NCBI GenBank assembly: GCA_964016885.1
Contig: OZ024762.1
Span: 8,246,001 to 8,310,000 of the forward strand
From: Eledone cirrhosa
Taxonomy: Eukaryota
Direction of reading: 5' to 3'
DNA length: 64,000 bases
Program-made: the position numbers and the translations under genes
The notes under the pieces: model-generated
Told to the model about the DNA's origin: nothing
The model's input: the letters and a program-made list of their open reading frames with translations, nothing else
Databases searched by the model: none
In this document: piece by piece, positions 14,101 to 25,947 of the stretch
How positions within the stretch are numbered: position 1 is the first letter of the stretch
How the letters are laid out: each line of letters starts with the position of its first letter

Positions 14101-14132
<32 letters not shown>

Positions 14133-14149
14133 TATATATATGAGTGTGT

Positions 14150-15570
14150 GTAAGACTGGCTGTCCATGGGAAACTCTTTATACTACTGACCTGGTTCTCA
14201 CAGCTGAATTCGTAGAAAAGCAAGAGAAGAAATTCTGGCTTTGGAAACCAAAATTAGAATCAACAGGGCTTTGAGTAAACTTAGAAAAAACCAAAATCTT
14301 AGTAAGTAGGAAAGAAAATGGGACTCTGATCCCAACAGGGAAGAGGCCTTGGTTGATATATAGAAAAGGAGGAAGTAGAATCTCTACATAATATACACAA
14401 TGTAAATCTTGGGTACATAAGAAGTGTAGTGGAATAGTAAGCTGACTAACAGAAAAAGTAAACTTTAGCAGATATACAGGGGTGGCAGGTAGTAGGAACA
14501 TCATCATCAGGTCGAGCTTGCTCGGCCTTCTACGACACGTTTCCTCCATCCATCTCTCATAGCGTTTGCCAGTTCTTCCGCAGTGCATCCAGTATCGTCC
14601 TCAAGTTGCTTGACGTATGTCTTCTTGGGACGACCAGCGTTTCTTGCTGCATGAGATGGACTCCATAACAATACATGGCAATATACCGCCTATTAGCAAG
14701 TCAATACGTAAACAGAGACTCAGATTTGCTGGCCACTGTTGGCGCAGCAAGGAAGAAATAGTAGGAACATCAATAAAATATATTTTTTCCAATCACAGTA
14801 CTCATTGCCAACCCTTATTCTGCTGGTTGTCTTTCTATACATGACCTGCACAGCTCTCACAAGCCATACATCTACACCTAGCTTTTTAAGTATCTACCAG
14901 ATTATAGAGCATGGGACCCTGCTAAAGGCTTTCTCTAGATCTACAAATGTTAGATACCATGGCTTACTCCTAGCTAAGTACCACTCTTATAGTTGTCTCA
15001 CTAGAAAGAGTGCATTAGTAGTACCCCTACCAGGCATAAATTCAAACTGCATCTCATTTAACTTGATTGAGCTATAAAATTCTTTCAGATTGATGTCTCT
15101 ATAGTTACTTCCCTCTAGTGTGTCCCCTTTGCCCTTGTCTCAATTTACAATGACATTGCTGTGCCAGTCATTGGGTATGACACCGTCCTGTACTACTTAA
15201 CTATTTGTCTGACAAGCCCATATCTTTCCATACCAGCTACTTTCCCTATGTTCATGTCCTTAATTGCTTTATCTATTATACTGCTGTCAACTTTCATGGC
15301 TGGTCTCTCAGTAGAGTCTGCATGGGGTAGGCCCTTACTGTCCCATTCATTTTCCTCATTCAACAGTCTCTCATCAGACAGGGTAAGTGTTCCACTATAA
15401 TTTCGAACACACTATTCTCCAACCATATCATGATTTTCTCTAGTATAGTCTCACAATCCTGAACACTTCATGCCTCCGATCCTCACAACACAGAACATAT
15501 GCAAACTTCTTTTTTGCCTCTCCCCTTGATAGATATACTTGGTGCCTGGCCTCCCTTCTTGCTATCTGGT
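14150..15570. mobile_element. Scrambled RTE-type RT fragments on both strands
   Basis: Minus strand 14810-15570 gives FVDLEKAFSRVP..IW.ILKKLGV. Plus strand 14170-14480 gives GL.VNLEKTKILV and 14620-14760 gives RLRFAGHCWR. Confidence 0.7.
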
Positions 15571-15739
15571 ATTACTATATATATATCTAACCCATGCTAG
15601 CGTGGAAGATAGACGTTAAACGATGATGATGATGATGATTCATTGTCCACCATCGGTTACAGTAGAACACACCAGAATAAATTTAAAACCACATGGATAG
15701 AATTCTAGAGGGATGGCATTCTGGAGAAGAAGGACTGGA

Positions 15740-16525
15740 CATACTGGTTAATGCAGGGCCTGGGAGGGTTGGAGTGGAGGTAACAGAGAAGTGGGAGTGC
15801 TTGAGTGGAGGTAAGGGAGAACTGAAAGTGTGAGTCCCTGAGTAGTGGCAATAGACAATTAGGAGTGCCTGAGTGGTGGCAACAGAAAGCTGAGTGTGAA
15901 TGGGAGAGCCTGAGTAGAAGCAATAGGGAACTGAGTGTGAATGGAAGTGCTTGGGTAGAGGCAACAGAGAGCTGATTGAGAGTGGAAGGCTTGAGTGGAG
16001 GCAATAGAAAGCTGAGAGTGGGGATGGGAATACCTGAGTAGGGGCAATAGGGAACTGCTGGGAGGGGGCAACAGAGCTGAGTGGGGGCAGCAGGGAGTTG
16101 AGTGAGAGTGTGTGTGCCTGATTAGCGACAATAGAGAGCTGAGTGTAAGTGCGTGTGCCTGAGTAGAGGCTATAGACAGCTAGGAGTGTCTAAGTAAAGG
16201 CAATAGTCAGATAGGAGTGATGAGTGGAGGCAACATACCTGAGTGTGAGTTCCTGAGTATAGGCAACAGAGAGCTGAGTGAGAGTGCTTGAGTAGAGGCA
16301 ACAGAGAGCTGAGTGCTTGAGTAGAAGCAATAGAGAGCTGAGTGAGAGTGCAAATGCCTGAGTAGAGGCAACAGAGAGCTGAGTGAGAGTGTTTGAGTAG
16401 AGGCAACAAAGAGCTGAGTGAGAGTGTAAGTGCCTGAGTAGAGGCAACAGAGAGCTGAATGAGAGTGTGAGTACCTGAGTAGAGGCAACAGAGCTGAGTG
16501 AGAGTTTGAGTGCCTGAGTAGAGAG
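15740..16525. repeat. ~38-bp degenerate minisatellite
   Basis: Unit gcctgagtagaggcaacagagagctgagtgagagt. Confidence 0.88.
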
Positions 16526-17759
16526 GTTTATGACAGGTTTACAGTGCTATGTTTAACTGTAGACCACCATAAAGTTTCATGTGAAATATTTTATGGTAAA
16601 AACCACAAAGTTTGGGAAAATATGGTGACAACAATGGAAGACAAAACAACTATTTGGTATTTACATTGGATTCTCATACTTGTTTGGTGGTTTAACTCAC
16701 ATCTGGTACACACTCACACACAAATATAGATGTACATGCTTATATATATATATCCACACATATATATATTTATACACATACATAAATATATACATACACA
16801 CACACATATATATATAGATATACATGTATGTATCTATCCATAAACACACACACATGAGTGCGTGTACTTGGTTTAGAATACGTACACTGTATCCTGGTGT
16901 GTCGTAAGAAAAGACAAGAAGGGTTGCTGTCAGCAAGGGTATTCAGGTGTAAAACTGTTTCAAAAAGTCCTGTCCAACTCATGAAAGCCAACAAAATTGA
17001 AGGCAATGAAAACATACTGTATACATTCATATATAAGGTGAGAAATATGTGACCAAAAAAAAAAAAAAATCAATGTTAAAACGTGGATAATAAAATGTTG
17101 TTTGCTTGAAGTATTGAATATAGTAAATGATGTAGAAAATGATTTAAACCAGCCAGAATTCTTTCACCTCTTTCTGTTCAAACTGGCTGCTCATACTTAT
17201 GTTAAAGGTATTGTTCTCAAAATAAATAACATTAAAATCTCGTAGATTCGATATGTGAGATAAAACCTTTACCACAAAAATACAATTGTAAATATAGAGT
17301 AATTTAAATGCTAAAGGAATAACCCATTGCTCTATATTTACTATTGTATTTTCACGGTAAACACTTTATCTTACATAATTATTTCACATATCGAATCTAT
17401 GAGATTTTGATATTATTTATTTTGAGAAGGGCAGTGGATTGGCAATATCAGTAGAGCGAGATACCATGCTTTGCAGCATAGAGTTATTGCCCTTTACGTT
17501 CTTAGTTCAAATCCTGCTTAAATTAACTTTGCCTTTCATCGTTACGGGGTTAATAAAATAAAGCACCAGTAATGCACTGGGTAATTGCCTACCTTGTGCC
17601 AAAAAGGTATAAACAATTATATATTTTGAAAAGAATACCTTAATGTCAGTATGAGGGGCCAATTATGGCCGGTTTGAACAAAGGGCGGTGAGAGAATTCT
17701 GGCCAGATATGACTGGTTTAAATGCTAAAGGGTTTAGACAATGCAAAATGGACAGTAAA

Positions 17760-18775
17760 ATGAAGGCAACGAAAAAGAAAGTTTGTTACCTGGTATTTAT
17801 TATTATTATCTTTTTTTTTTGTTCTAATATTTCGGGACTTAAAATCCCTTCTTCCGAGTATGGGGGCAACTCTTAGAGCAAAATGTTCTGTTCTTGTCAC
17901 TTTGAAATTCAATTTAAATAAAAAAAAATTTAGAAACTGCTTTCAACCATTGTGTTTTGATGTATGCTGTAGTATCTGCAATAGCAGGAGGATGACGTCA
18001 CTTGCCGTATGTATTATCTAACTGAAGCAAATTTCTTGTGTTTGGGCTCCATCTGTCATTTTATGTCATGTATTGTGTGCTGAATTCCGTTCTGTTGTTG
18101 ATTTGTGGGTTGGGCCTACATATAAGTAGTGCTTCCTTTAATCTCAAGTTACCCACATTTCTCTTTCTCACTTCAATATTGACTGTTATGCTTTTGTTGA
18201 TGTGCTAGCATTTGTCTGTGTGTTTTTTGAATGAGGATGTGAGTGTTCTTTAATGCAGGTGTGGAATGGTCGGGTCATACTACCAATGTAGAACTCCTTT
18301 TATTTGTCGCATTTAATACCACGTATCAGCTGGTACATACCTGTGCCGCAGATATGGCACTTAGTTAGCGTACATTGGTTGTTGTTGGCACTGGATTGCT
18401 TTTTAGATAGAGTGTCCTCACAGTGAAGGACCGGAGTGGGCTAATTGTATGTCCAGTTCTTCTTTGCGGAAGGTTCTGCAGATAGTTGTGGTCATGTTTC
18501 CGCTAAAGTGTGGTACTTTCATGAAGCAGGTGTTAGAGGAGGTCTTATGCCTGCGGCGCCTTCGATTCCTAAGACGATTCATTGTGGATGTTGGGTATCC
18601 GTTTGTCTTCAGTACATCTATGAAGTGTGCAGTGTGAGTGATCAGGTCCTCTGTCTTGCTGCATTTACTCTGGATATGCATAAGTTCATTTCTTATTTAT
18701 CTGATTTTAGCACCAAGAAGAAAGGCTGACCTATAATGCACAAACAGGTCTCTGCTGGCAGCTTTCCTATAACAG
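17760..18775 (-). mobile_element. Penelope-like retroelement relic (RT C-terminus + GIY-YIG endonuclease + pLTR-like tail)
   Basis: Minus-strand translation gives ...VLKTNGYP... then YQLIRGIKCDK*KEFYIGSMTRPFHTCIKEH, with stops. A hammerhead-like motif lies downstream at 17821-17860. Confidence 0.8.
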
Positions 18776-19165
18776 TTAGCGTATATATTGTTTTCTTCTA
18801 CATGGCTTAGTGGTTAGAGCATTGGCCTTGCAATCGAAAGGTGTGAGTTCAATTCTCTGACCGGGTGATGTGTTGTTTCCTTGAGCAAGACACTTTATTT
18901 CACATTGCTCCAGTTTACTCAGCTGTAGAAATGAGATGCTAGGGACTGGGGTCCCTATCATTCCACTGCAAAGTGGTCGTGGAGGTGCCACAGAAAAGAA
19001 AGCACCCAGCCCACACTGTAAAGTGGACGTGTAGGCGCCACGGAAAAAAAAGCACCCAGCACTCACTGCAAATGAGGTTGGTGTTAGGAAGGGCATCCAG
19101 CTGTAGAAATCAAGCCAGAATCAGTTCCCATCCCACCCTTGCAAGCAGGGAAAAGCGGACGTAAA

Positions 19166-19198
<33 letters not shown>

Positions 19199-19739
19199 CT
19201 AAGTTGGATTGAGGGGGAACTAGTCAAATCGGACCAAGGAAACAATGTTGACCCATCACCAATACTTCAATTATTGATCCCAGATGTATGAATGGTCAAA
19301 GTTGACCTCGCTAGTACTTCCTTTAGTCTCCAAAACAATGAAAAACACAAGTATATATTGACAGGATCCCTGACTTTTTACCATGTGGGGTGGGGCTCCT
19401 CAAATTGAACCAAGGAAACAATGTTTCCATTAGTCTTGCAAGTCTTTAAAATGCTTGAAGTCTGTTTCAAGCCAGGATGTTCATCAGGCAGGTGCTTACC
19501 CTGGTTTCCTGGACGCCAGTCAATCGCAGAGCTAACCCCCCCAGCTATTGCTGGTACTCATTTTCAGAACAATGTGAAATGAAATGTTTTGCTCAAGAAC
19601 ATAACATACAGCCCAGCCTGGGAATCAAACCCATGACATTAAGATCGTAAGTCCAACAACCTTACCACTGTTTGTACAAGCATAGAAAAATAGACTTATG
19701 ATGATGACGATGATATATATATACAATGGTGGAGATGAT

Positions 19740-20535
19740 AGGTATCTGAGTAGGTCGGTAGCTATCTAGGTAGGTAGGTAGGTCGGGTGCTATCTAGATA
19801 GGTAGGTCGGGTGCTATCTAGGTAGGTAGGTAGGTCAGTAGCTATCTAGGTCGCAACTACCTGGGTAGGTAGGTTGGTAGCTATCTAGGTAGGTTGGTAG
19901 GTAGGTAGGTCAGTAGCTATCTAGGTCGCAGCTACCTGGGTAGGTAGGTTGGTAGCTATCTAGGTAGGTAGGTAGGTAGGTAGGTCAGTAGCTATCTGGG
20001 TTGCAGCTACCTGGGTAGGTAGGTTGGGAGCTATCTAGGTAGGTCGGTAGGTAGGTAGGTCAGTAGCTATCTAGGTCGCAGCTACCTGGGTAGGTAGGTT
20101 GGTAGCTATCTGGGTTGATAGGTAGCTATCTAGGTCGCAGCTAGGTCAGTAGCTATCTGGGTAGGTAAGTAGGCTGGTAGCTATCTGGGTAGGTAGATTG
20201 TAGCTACCTGAGTAGGTAGGTAGCTATCTGGGCAGGTAGTTAGGTAGCTATCTGGGTAGGTAGGTAGGTAGTTAAGTAGCTATCTGGGTAGGTAGTTAGG
20301 TAGCTATCTGGGTAGGTAGTTAGGTAGCTATCTGGGTAGGTAGGTAGGTAGTTAGGTAGCTATCTGGGCAGGTAGTTAGGTAGCTATCTGGGTAGGTAGG
20401 TAGGTAGTTAGGTAGCTATCTGGGTAGGTAGTTAGGTAGCTATCTGGGTAGGTAGTTAGGTAGCTATCTGGGTAGGTAGGTAGGTAGTTAAGTAGCTATC
20501 TGAGTAGGTAGGTTGGTAGGTGTCTGGGTAGGGAG
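19740..20535. repeat. (TAGG)n-derived satellite immediately after the TUBE1 stop codon
   Basis: Repeating taggtagg/tagctatctggg units abut the stop at 20536. Confidence 0.92.
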
Positions 20536-20694
20536 CTAGCTGACAACCTGTAACCGGGGTACAGAAGGAACAGGATTTTCTAGTTGTTTCTCCAGCTCCC
20601 TGTATTCTTCAATGATTTCCTCAAGACTGTTTAAACTGTCAGTGAATTCCTCCAACTCCATACCATCTACCATTGTGTAGTGGTGGACGTGGGC
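20536..20694 (-). CDS. TUBE1: Epsilon-tubulin terminal exon 12 (AHVHHYTMVDGMELEEF...PRLQVVS*)
   Basis: ttccag| acceptor, 159 nt to TAG, AHxHHY motif. The 12 exons sum to 1455 nt (484 aa + stop). Confidence 0.95.
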   Translation of the reverse strand, partial: AHVHHYTMVDGMELEEFTDSLNSLEEIIEEYRELEKQLENPVPSVPRLQVVS

Positions 20695-21469
20695 CTGGAA
20701 GAGAAGACATATCATTACCATCACCGTCACCACCACCGCCACCATCATCACCATTACCACAACCATCATTATCACTGCTACTATCACCACCACCACCATC
20801 ATCACCACAACAACCACCATTATCATCACACCACACACACAGGCATCACACCACACACAGGCATAACACCACACACACAGACATAACACCACACACACAG
20901 ACATCATACCACACACACACAGACATCACACCACACACACACATCATACCACACAGACACAACACCACACACACAGACGTAACACCACACACACACACAC
21001 ATCATACCACACACACAGACATCATACCACACACACACACACACATCATACCACACACAGACATCACACCACACACACACAGACATAACACCACACACAC
21101 ACACACACACACAAACACACAGACATCACACCACACACAGACATAACACCACAAACAGACGTAACACCACACACACAGACATAACACCACAGACATAACA
21201 CCACACACACACACACAAACACACAGACATCACACCACACACATCATACCACACACAGACATAACACCACAAACAGACGTAACACCACACACACAGACAT
21301 AACACCACACACACACACATCATACCACACACACAGACATCACACCACACACATCATACCACACACACACACACACATCATACCACACACACAGACATCA
21401 TACTGCACACACACACACACACACAGACATCACACCACACACACCGAGAGAGAAATGAAAAGAACCGAC

Positions 21470-21644
21470 CTTGCGTCTGTAAAGTTTCACAAATCTGTCA
21501 CGTAAGTGTGAGAATGTCTGCTGGACACAGGTATTATTGGCCAGAGTTAAGAGGGAATATGGATGACCAACAGGTGGGACTGAGCACAGTCCTGTCTTCC
21601 AACCTTCTTTATTCCAGCTGATGAACTCTAACTTACTCCTTAAT
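21470..21644 (-). CDS. TUBE1: Epsilon-tubulin exon 11 (LRSKLEFISWNKEGWKTGLCSVPPVGHPYSLLTLANNTC...LYRRK)
   Basis: ttgtag|...|gtcgg boundaries, 175 nt, WNxEGWKTxLCSVPPVG motif. Confidence 0.96.
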
Positions 21645-21791
21645 CTACAATGAAACATGTGTATATACATCAAAATCATGAGAAGGCTCTACAATTAAGC
21701 ATATATATATATATGCTTAATCCGGATGGCTTCCAAAAATAATGGTTGCATTTTAATAGGGTACGTCAAAGCTTATTTGTAAAACTGTTAT

Positions 21792-21867
21792 ATATTGTAT
21801 TTTGTCTGATGAAGGCAAACCATAATTTAATTTGGTATCCCTGAAATATGTATAATGAAATAAATAT
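21792..21867 (+). ncRNA. Type I hammerhead ribozyme-like motif in TUBE1 intron 10 (antisense to the gene)
   Basis: atattgtattttgt-CTGATGA-agg..acca/tggt..cct-GAAA-tatgta-TA-atgaaataaatat, with a ~13-bp stem I. The element is bounded by (TA)n at ~21701 and ~21995. Confidence 0.7.
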
Positions 21868-22265
21868 GGTTTTATAAATATAGTTTCCATTTATTAATAT
21901 CGTATATCTACTCCAAATACTTGTCGAGTGCTTTATATCAGTTATAAAAATATTTACTTGTTGTATCCCAACAATTTTAAATAGAACTTTTGCATATATA
22001 TATATATATATATATATATTTCAATCATATTTTTTTTATTTGTTTGACCCGAATTACTTGGTCGTTTCTATGGCTGTGCGGATAATGGTTTAACCATCGT
22101 CTCAGTGTGTTTGGCCTTTTAACGTATGTTGTAGTTCTGGTTCGTTAGAATCTATTGAGCGCTTGCCACACATCTCGGAAGTTGTTTTTCGCTAATTTCC
22201 AATAGCCGAAATACGATTCTCGCTAATTCTAAATAGCTTGCCAAGTCATGCTGACAGAAAATTTC

Positions 22266-22300
22266 CCTCTGAAGAAGAGATATTATCTCGAAAATTAAGG
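22266..22300 (+). ncRNA. Minimal hammerhead-like motif, Penelope-pLTR family copy with canonical core
   Basis: cct-CTGAAGA-a-gagata(t)tatctc-GAAA-at-TA-agg. Related copies at 5180-5215(-), 13826-13860(-), 13964-13999(+), 17821-17860(-) and 59480-59515(+). Confidence 0.6.
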
Positions 22301-22728
22301 ACATTTAAATAAATCTAAGGTAAAAGACTAATTGTCAACAATATCTTTTGCATTTGCATTCTTTATTCTATGTCCATACCTGCATTGTTTTGGCTTTATT
22401 ATACATATACAAACGTTTATATATATATATATATATATATACACACCATCATCATCATCATTGTTGAGAGAGGGCTCTACAATAAAACATATATATAGAT
22501 ACATCATCATCATTGTCTTTATTATCATGAGGGAGTGGATTGCATTATGTATTAAGGAGAGGTTACTCTATTGGTGACATAAGTTGCCTACAGTGCCCCA
22601 GTATGGCTGCAGTTGAATGACTGAAACCAGTAAAATAATATTAGACTAAATACCTTCAAAGTAGTGCCTATGTATTGTCACAGTTTAAGGACTGAAACCA
22701 ATAAAATAAAAGAATAAAAAATATTCAC

Positions 22729-22869
22729 CGTTCGATATTTCTTCTCATATCAGAAATACTAACTTGCCCTCGCACCATGAGGGCACAAGCAAGGTAAAGG
22801 CTGTGTTTGGGGTCAGCTTTTATCAACTGGTGATCCTTTGAAAATGCATCAGAGAACATTTGGTCAAGA
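22729..22869 (-). CDS. TUBE1: Epsilon-tubulin exon 10 (LDQMFSDAFSKDHQLIKADPKHSLYLACALMVRGQVSISDMRRNIE)
   Basis: tttcag|...|gtgaa boundaries, 141 nt, closely similar to the vertebrate epsilon-tubulin segment. Confidence 0.96.
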
Positions 22870-22904
22870 CTGAAAATTGAATTAAATAAAAAAAAAATGT
22901 TATT

Positions 22905-23400
22905 TACAGCTCACACCTATGTCCTCCAGTCCTATCATGTGTTTATATATATTGTCACAGCTCCCTCATATGTAGGTTTAGATGGCCTCCTACAAGGTTT
23001 ATCTCATAGGAGGTTTCTTAGGTGTTTCAATGATAGGGGCCCCATCCTATCATGTTGTTACAGCTCACACATATGTAGGTTTAGCTGATCTCCTACAAGG
23101 TTTATCTCATAGGAGGTTTCTTAAGTGTTTCAATGATAGGGGCCCCCATCCTATCATGTTGTTACAGCTCACACATATGTAGGTTTAGCTGATCTCCTAC
23201 AAGGTTTATCTTATAGGAGGTTTCTTAGGTGTTTCAATGATAGTGGCCACAGTCCTATCATGTTGTTATAGTTCACACATATGTAGGTTTAGCTGATCTC
23301 CTACAAGGTTTATCTTATAGGAGATTTCTTGGATGTTTTAATGATAGTGGCCACAGTCCTATCATGTTGTTATAGTTCACACCTATGTAAGTTTAATTGG
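22905..23400. repeat. ~120-bp tandem repeat, about 4 copies
   Basis: Unit includes atgtaggtttagctgatctcctacaaggtttatctcataggagg. Confidence 0.9.
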
Positions 23401-23617
23401 ACTCATTCCATTCTCCTTCACAACATTCATCACAAGTTCTATTCCTCTCACCCAGTCACTTTCATCCTTCCTCAACACCTGACCCAAACATCTCATTCCA
23501 TTTCTTTTCACAGCATTCATCACAATTATCCCAACATCATGATACATAAAACCCGTAATGTAACAATGTGTGAAAAAGGCCCTCACAATTAAAATAACTG
23601 TCAATGTAGAGAAATGT

Positions 23618-24236
23618 TTAACCCTTTACCATGTACATCACTCTATATTTACTATTGTATTTTCACAGTAAAGGCTTTATCTTAAATAATTATCTCACAT
23701 AATATTGAATCTTCGAGATCTTGATGTTATCTATTTTGAGAACAATACCTTAACATAAGTATGAGTGGCCAGTTACAGCCGGTTTGAACAGAAAGAAGTG
23801 AGAGTTCTAGCCAGATATGGCCAGTTTGATTAGAAAGAGATGAAAGAGTTCTGGCTGGATACGGCCGGTTTGAACAGAAAGAGGTAAAAGAGTTCTGGCT
23901 GGATATGGCCGGTTTGAATAGAAAGAGGTGAAAGAGTTCTGGCCAGATATGGCCAGTTTGAATAGAAAGATGTGAGAGTTCTAGCTGGATACGGCCAGTT
24001 TGAACAGAAAGAGGTGAAAGAGTTCTGGCTGGATATGGCCGGTTTGAACAGAAAGAGGTGAAAGAGTTCTGGCCAGATATGGCCGGTTTGAATAGAAAGA
24101 GGTGAAAGAGTTCTGGCCAGATATGGCCATTTTGAATAGAAAGATGTGAGAGTTCTAGCTGGATACGGCCAGTTTGAACAGAAAGAGGTGAAAGAGTTCT
24201 GGCTGGATATGGCCGGTTTAAATGCTAAAGGGTTAA
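23618..24236. mobile_element. piggyBac-type TTAA MITE, copy with internal ~40-bp tandem expansion (family about 210 bp)
   Basis: TTAA+CCCTTTA...TAAAGGG+TTAA termini. Other full or partial copies at 1784-2878, 3389-3596, 17145-17735, 26178-26378, 27737-28281, 32100-32730, 43029-43310, 45435-45547, 47569-47760, 63321-63768 and 63863. Confidence 0.85.
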
Positions 24237-24241
24237 CTTAC

Positions 24242-24382
24242 CGTCGTGGAGCAATCTTGACATCAGCCAGAGCGTAGAGGGGAGTTTGACTGGCCACAAG
24301 ATAGTGGAGCTTTGGATAAGGTACAAGGTTGGTGGCCAATTCATTTAAATCAACATTTAACGAACCTTCAAATCGCGATGAA
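24242..24382 (-). CDS. TUBE1: Epsilon-tubulin exon 9 (SSRFEGSLNVDLNELATNLVPYPKLHYLVASQTPLYALADVKIAPR)
   Basis: tttag|...|gtaag boundaries, 141 nt, RFEGSLNxDLNE motif. Confidence 0.96.
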
Positions 24383-24999
24383 CTAAATAAATGAATAAAA
24401 TAAAATAAATAAAACATCATTATAAAAAGATGCCTTTCTCCAGATTTTTTCAATTTCTAAGGGTTTTTTACATGATTTTCTCAACTGTTATTTATAGTGA
24501 TTGATTGTTATTACAGTAATTTTCTATTGAAGTCGATAAAAAAGAAAGTACCAGTCTAGTACTGGGGTTGATTCTTCATCTATATCTCTTTTTCACTTCC
24601 TTACTCTCTCTCACTATCCATCTCTGGAAAAATCTACTGCAATCAGGCCTGAGTTATGGGTCTATACCATAGCATGGTTCCATAACTCCTGAAGGAGTCA
24701 TGAATCATAAGGGCACTGTATGACATACAGCATTACTAGGGTATTTTTTAAAACCTAGTGGAGCCCAATCCTCTTAAGGTCTGAATACAGCAGATTTCTT
24801 TCAGAGAAGGATAGAAAGTGAAAGAGAAGCGAGATAGAAGTATAGAGGAAGAATTGACCCCAGTTGATGTCGAAAGGATGAAAAGCAAAGTTGACCCCGG
24901 TGGGATTTGAACTCAGAAAATCAGAACAAATACTACAAAGCATTCTACCCGACATTTTAACAACTCTGCCAATTCCCCGCCTTATACCATACAATGTGA

Positions 25000-25705
25000 A
25001 TACCCTCTATAAGACACCTGTCATACTCTGAACGCCTTCCTTCCCTGGGCATGGATACATTAAAGCTACGATGTCTGGCAACTGACTTGGTAAACACCCA
25101 CAAAATTATAAATCACCTTTCCAACCACAACCCTGGGTACCTTTTTGAATTCCATGAGTCAAACACCCGTGGACATGCTTACAAAATTAGAAAACAGTAC
25201 AGCTCCCATGACTTTTGGAAACATTTGTTCACACTCAGAGTTGCTGAAGCATGGAACAAACTACCTGCATCCATTGCATCCTTTAAAACTTCCCTGCTTC
25301 CCCAAATTCACCAACACTAGACCCGATATTCCCCCTCCATACACACGCATGCATATATCTGTGTGTATAGCATGACTCATACACTATTCACCTTCCTGAC
25401 ATTTGTACATTATTCTATGTACTATACGGTGGATTGGTCGGTGGATTGGCGGTATCGGTAGAGGGTCGGACGCCATGCTTTCCAGCATAGTTACGTCCCT
25501 TTACGATCTGAGTTCAAATCCCGCCGAGGTTGACTTTGCCTTTCATCCTTACGGGGTCGATAAAATAAAGTACCAGTAATGCACTGGGTAATTGCTGGCC
25601 TTGTGCCTAAAGTAGAAACAATTATTCTATGTACTATACATGCACTTTTGATGTGCTGTAGTGCACCTGAGCACTGTACACAATAATTTTCATTATTATT
25701 ATTAT
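25000..25705 (+). mobile_element. CR1-type LINE 3' end
   Basis: LRCLATDLVNTHKII...NTRGHAYK...FTLRVAEAWNKLP followed by an (ATT)n tail. Same tail at 5590-5940 and 55000-55130. Confidence 0.8.
25428..25625 (+). mobile_element. tRNA-derived SINE family A (representative copy, inserted in a CR1 tail)
   Basis: Box A TGGCGGTATCGG, box B GTTCAAATCC, (ATT)n tail, 19-bp TSD attattctatgtactatac. More than 20 copies, e.g. 2333, 3150, 5296, 8664, 8856, 17430, 26455, 27385, 28047, 36545-37110, 40443, 45295, 50870, 51257, 54072, 55133, 55415, 56305, 58570, 58820. Confidence 0.9.
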
Positions 25706-25744
25706 TATTTTATGATACCTATAAAATGTAAAGCTATGAAATAC

Positions 25745-25947
25745 CTGGTCATGTTAAGTATTAAATTGGCAACAATGTTGTTCATAGAGTCAAAAGGCTT
25801 TTGTTTCTTCAGTTTGGATAACTGTGGGTTGGTTGCACAGATGGCAGAGTTGGCTAGAATCTTGCTACCTTTGTCACCATAAGTTCTCTTCCCTGTCTTC
25901 TCACATGGAACTGCTTGACCAATCTTATTCACAATATCAACCAAAGC
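25745..25947 (-). CDS. TUBE1: Epsilon-tubulin exon 8 (ALVDIVNKIG...KQKPFDSMNNIVANLILNMT)
   Basis: tttcag|...|gtatt boundaries, 203 nt, KPFDxMNNIVAN motif. Confidence 0.96.
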
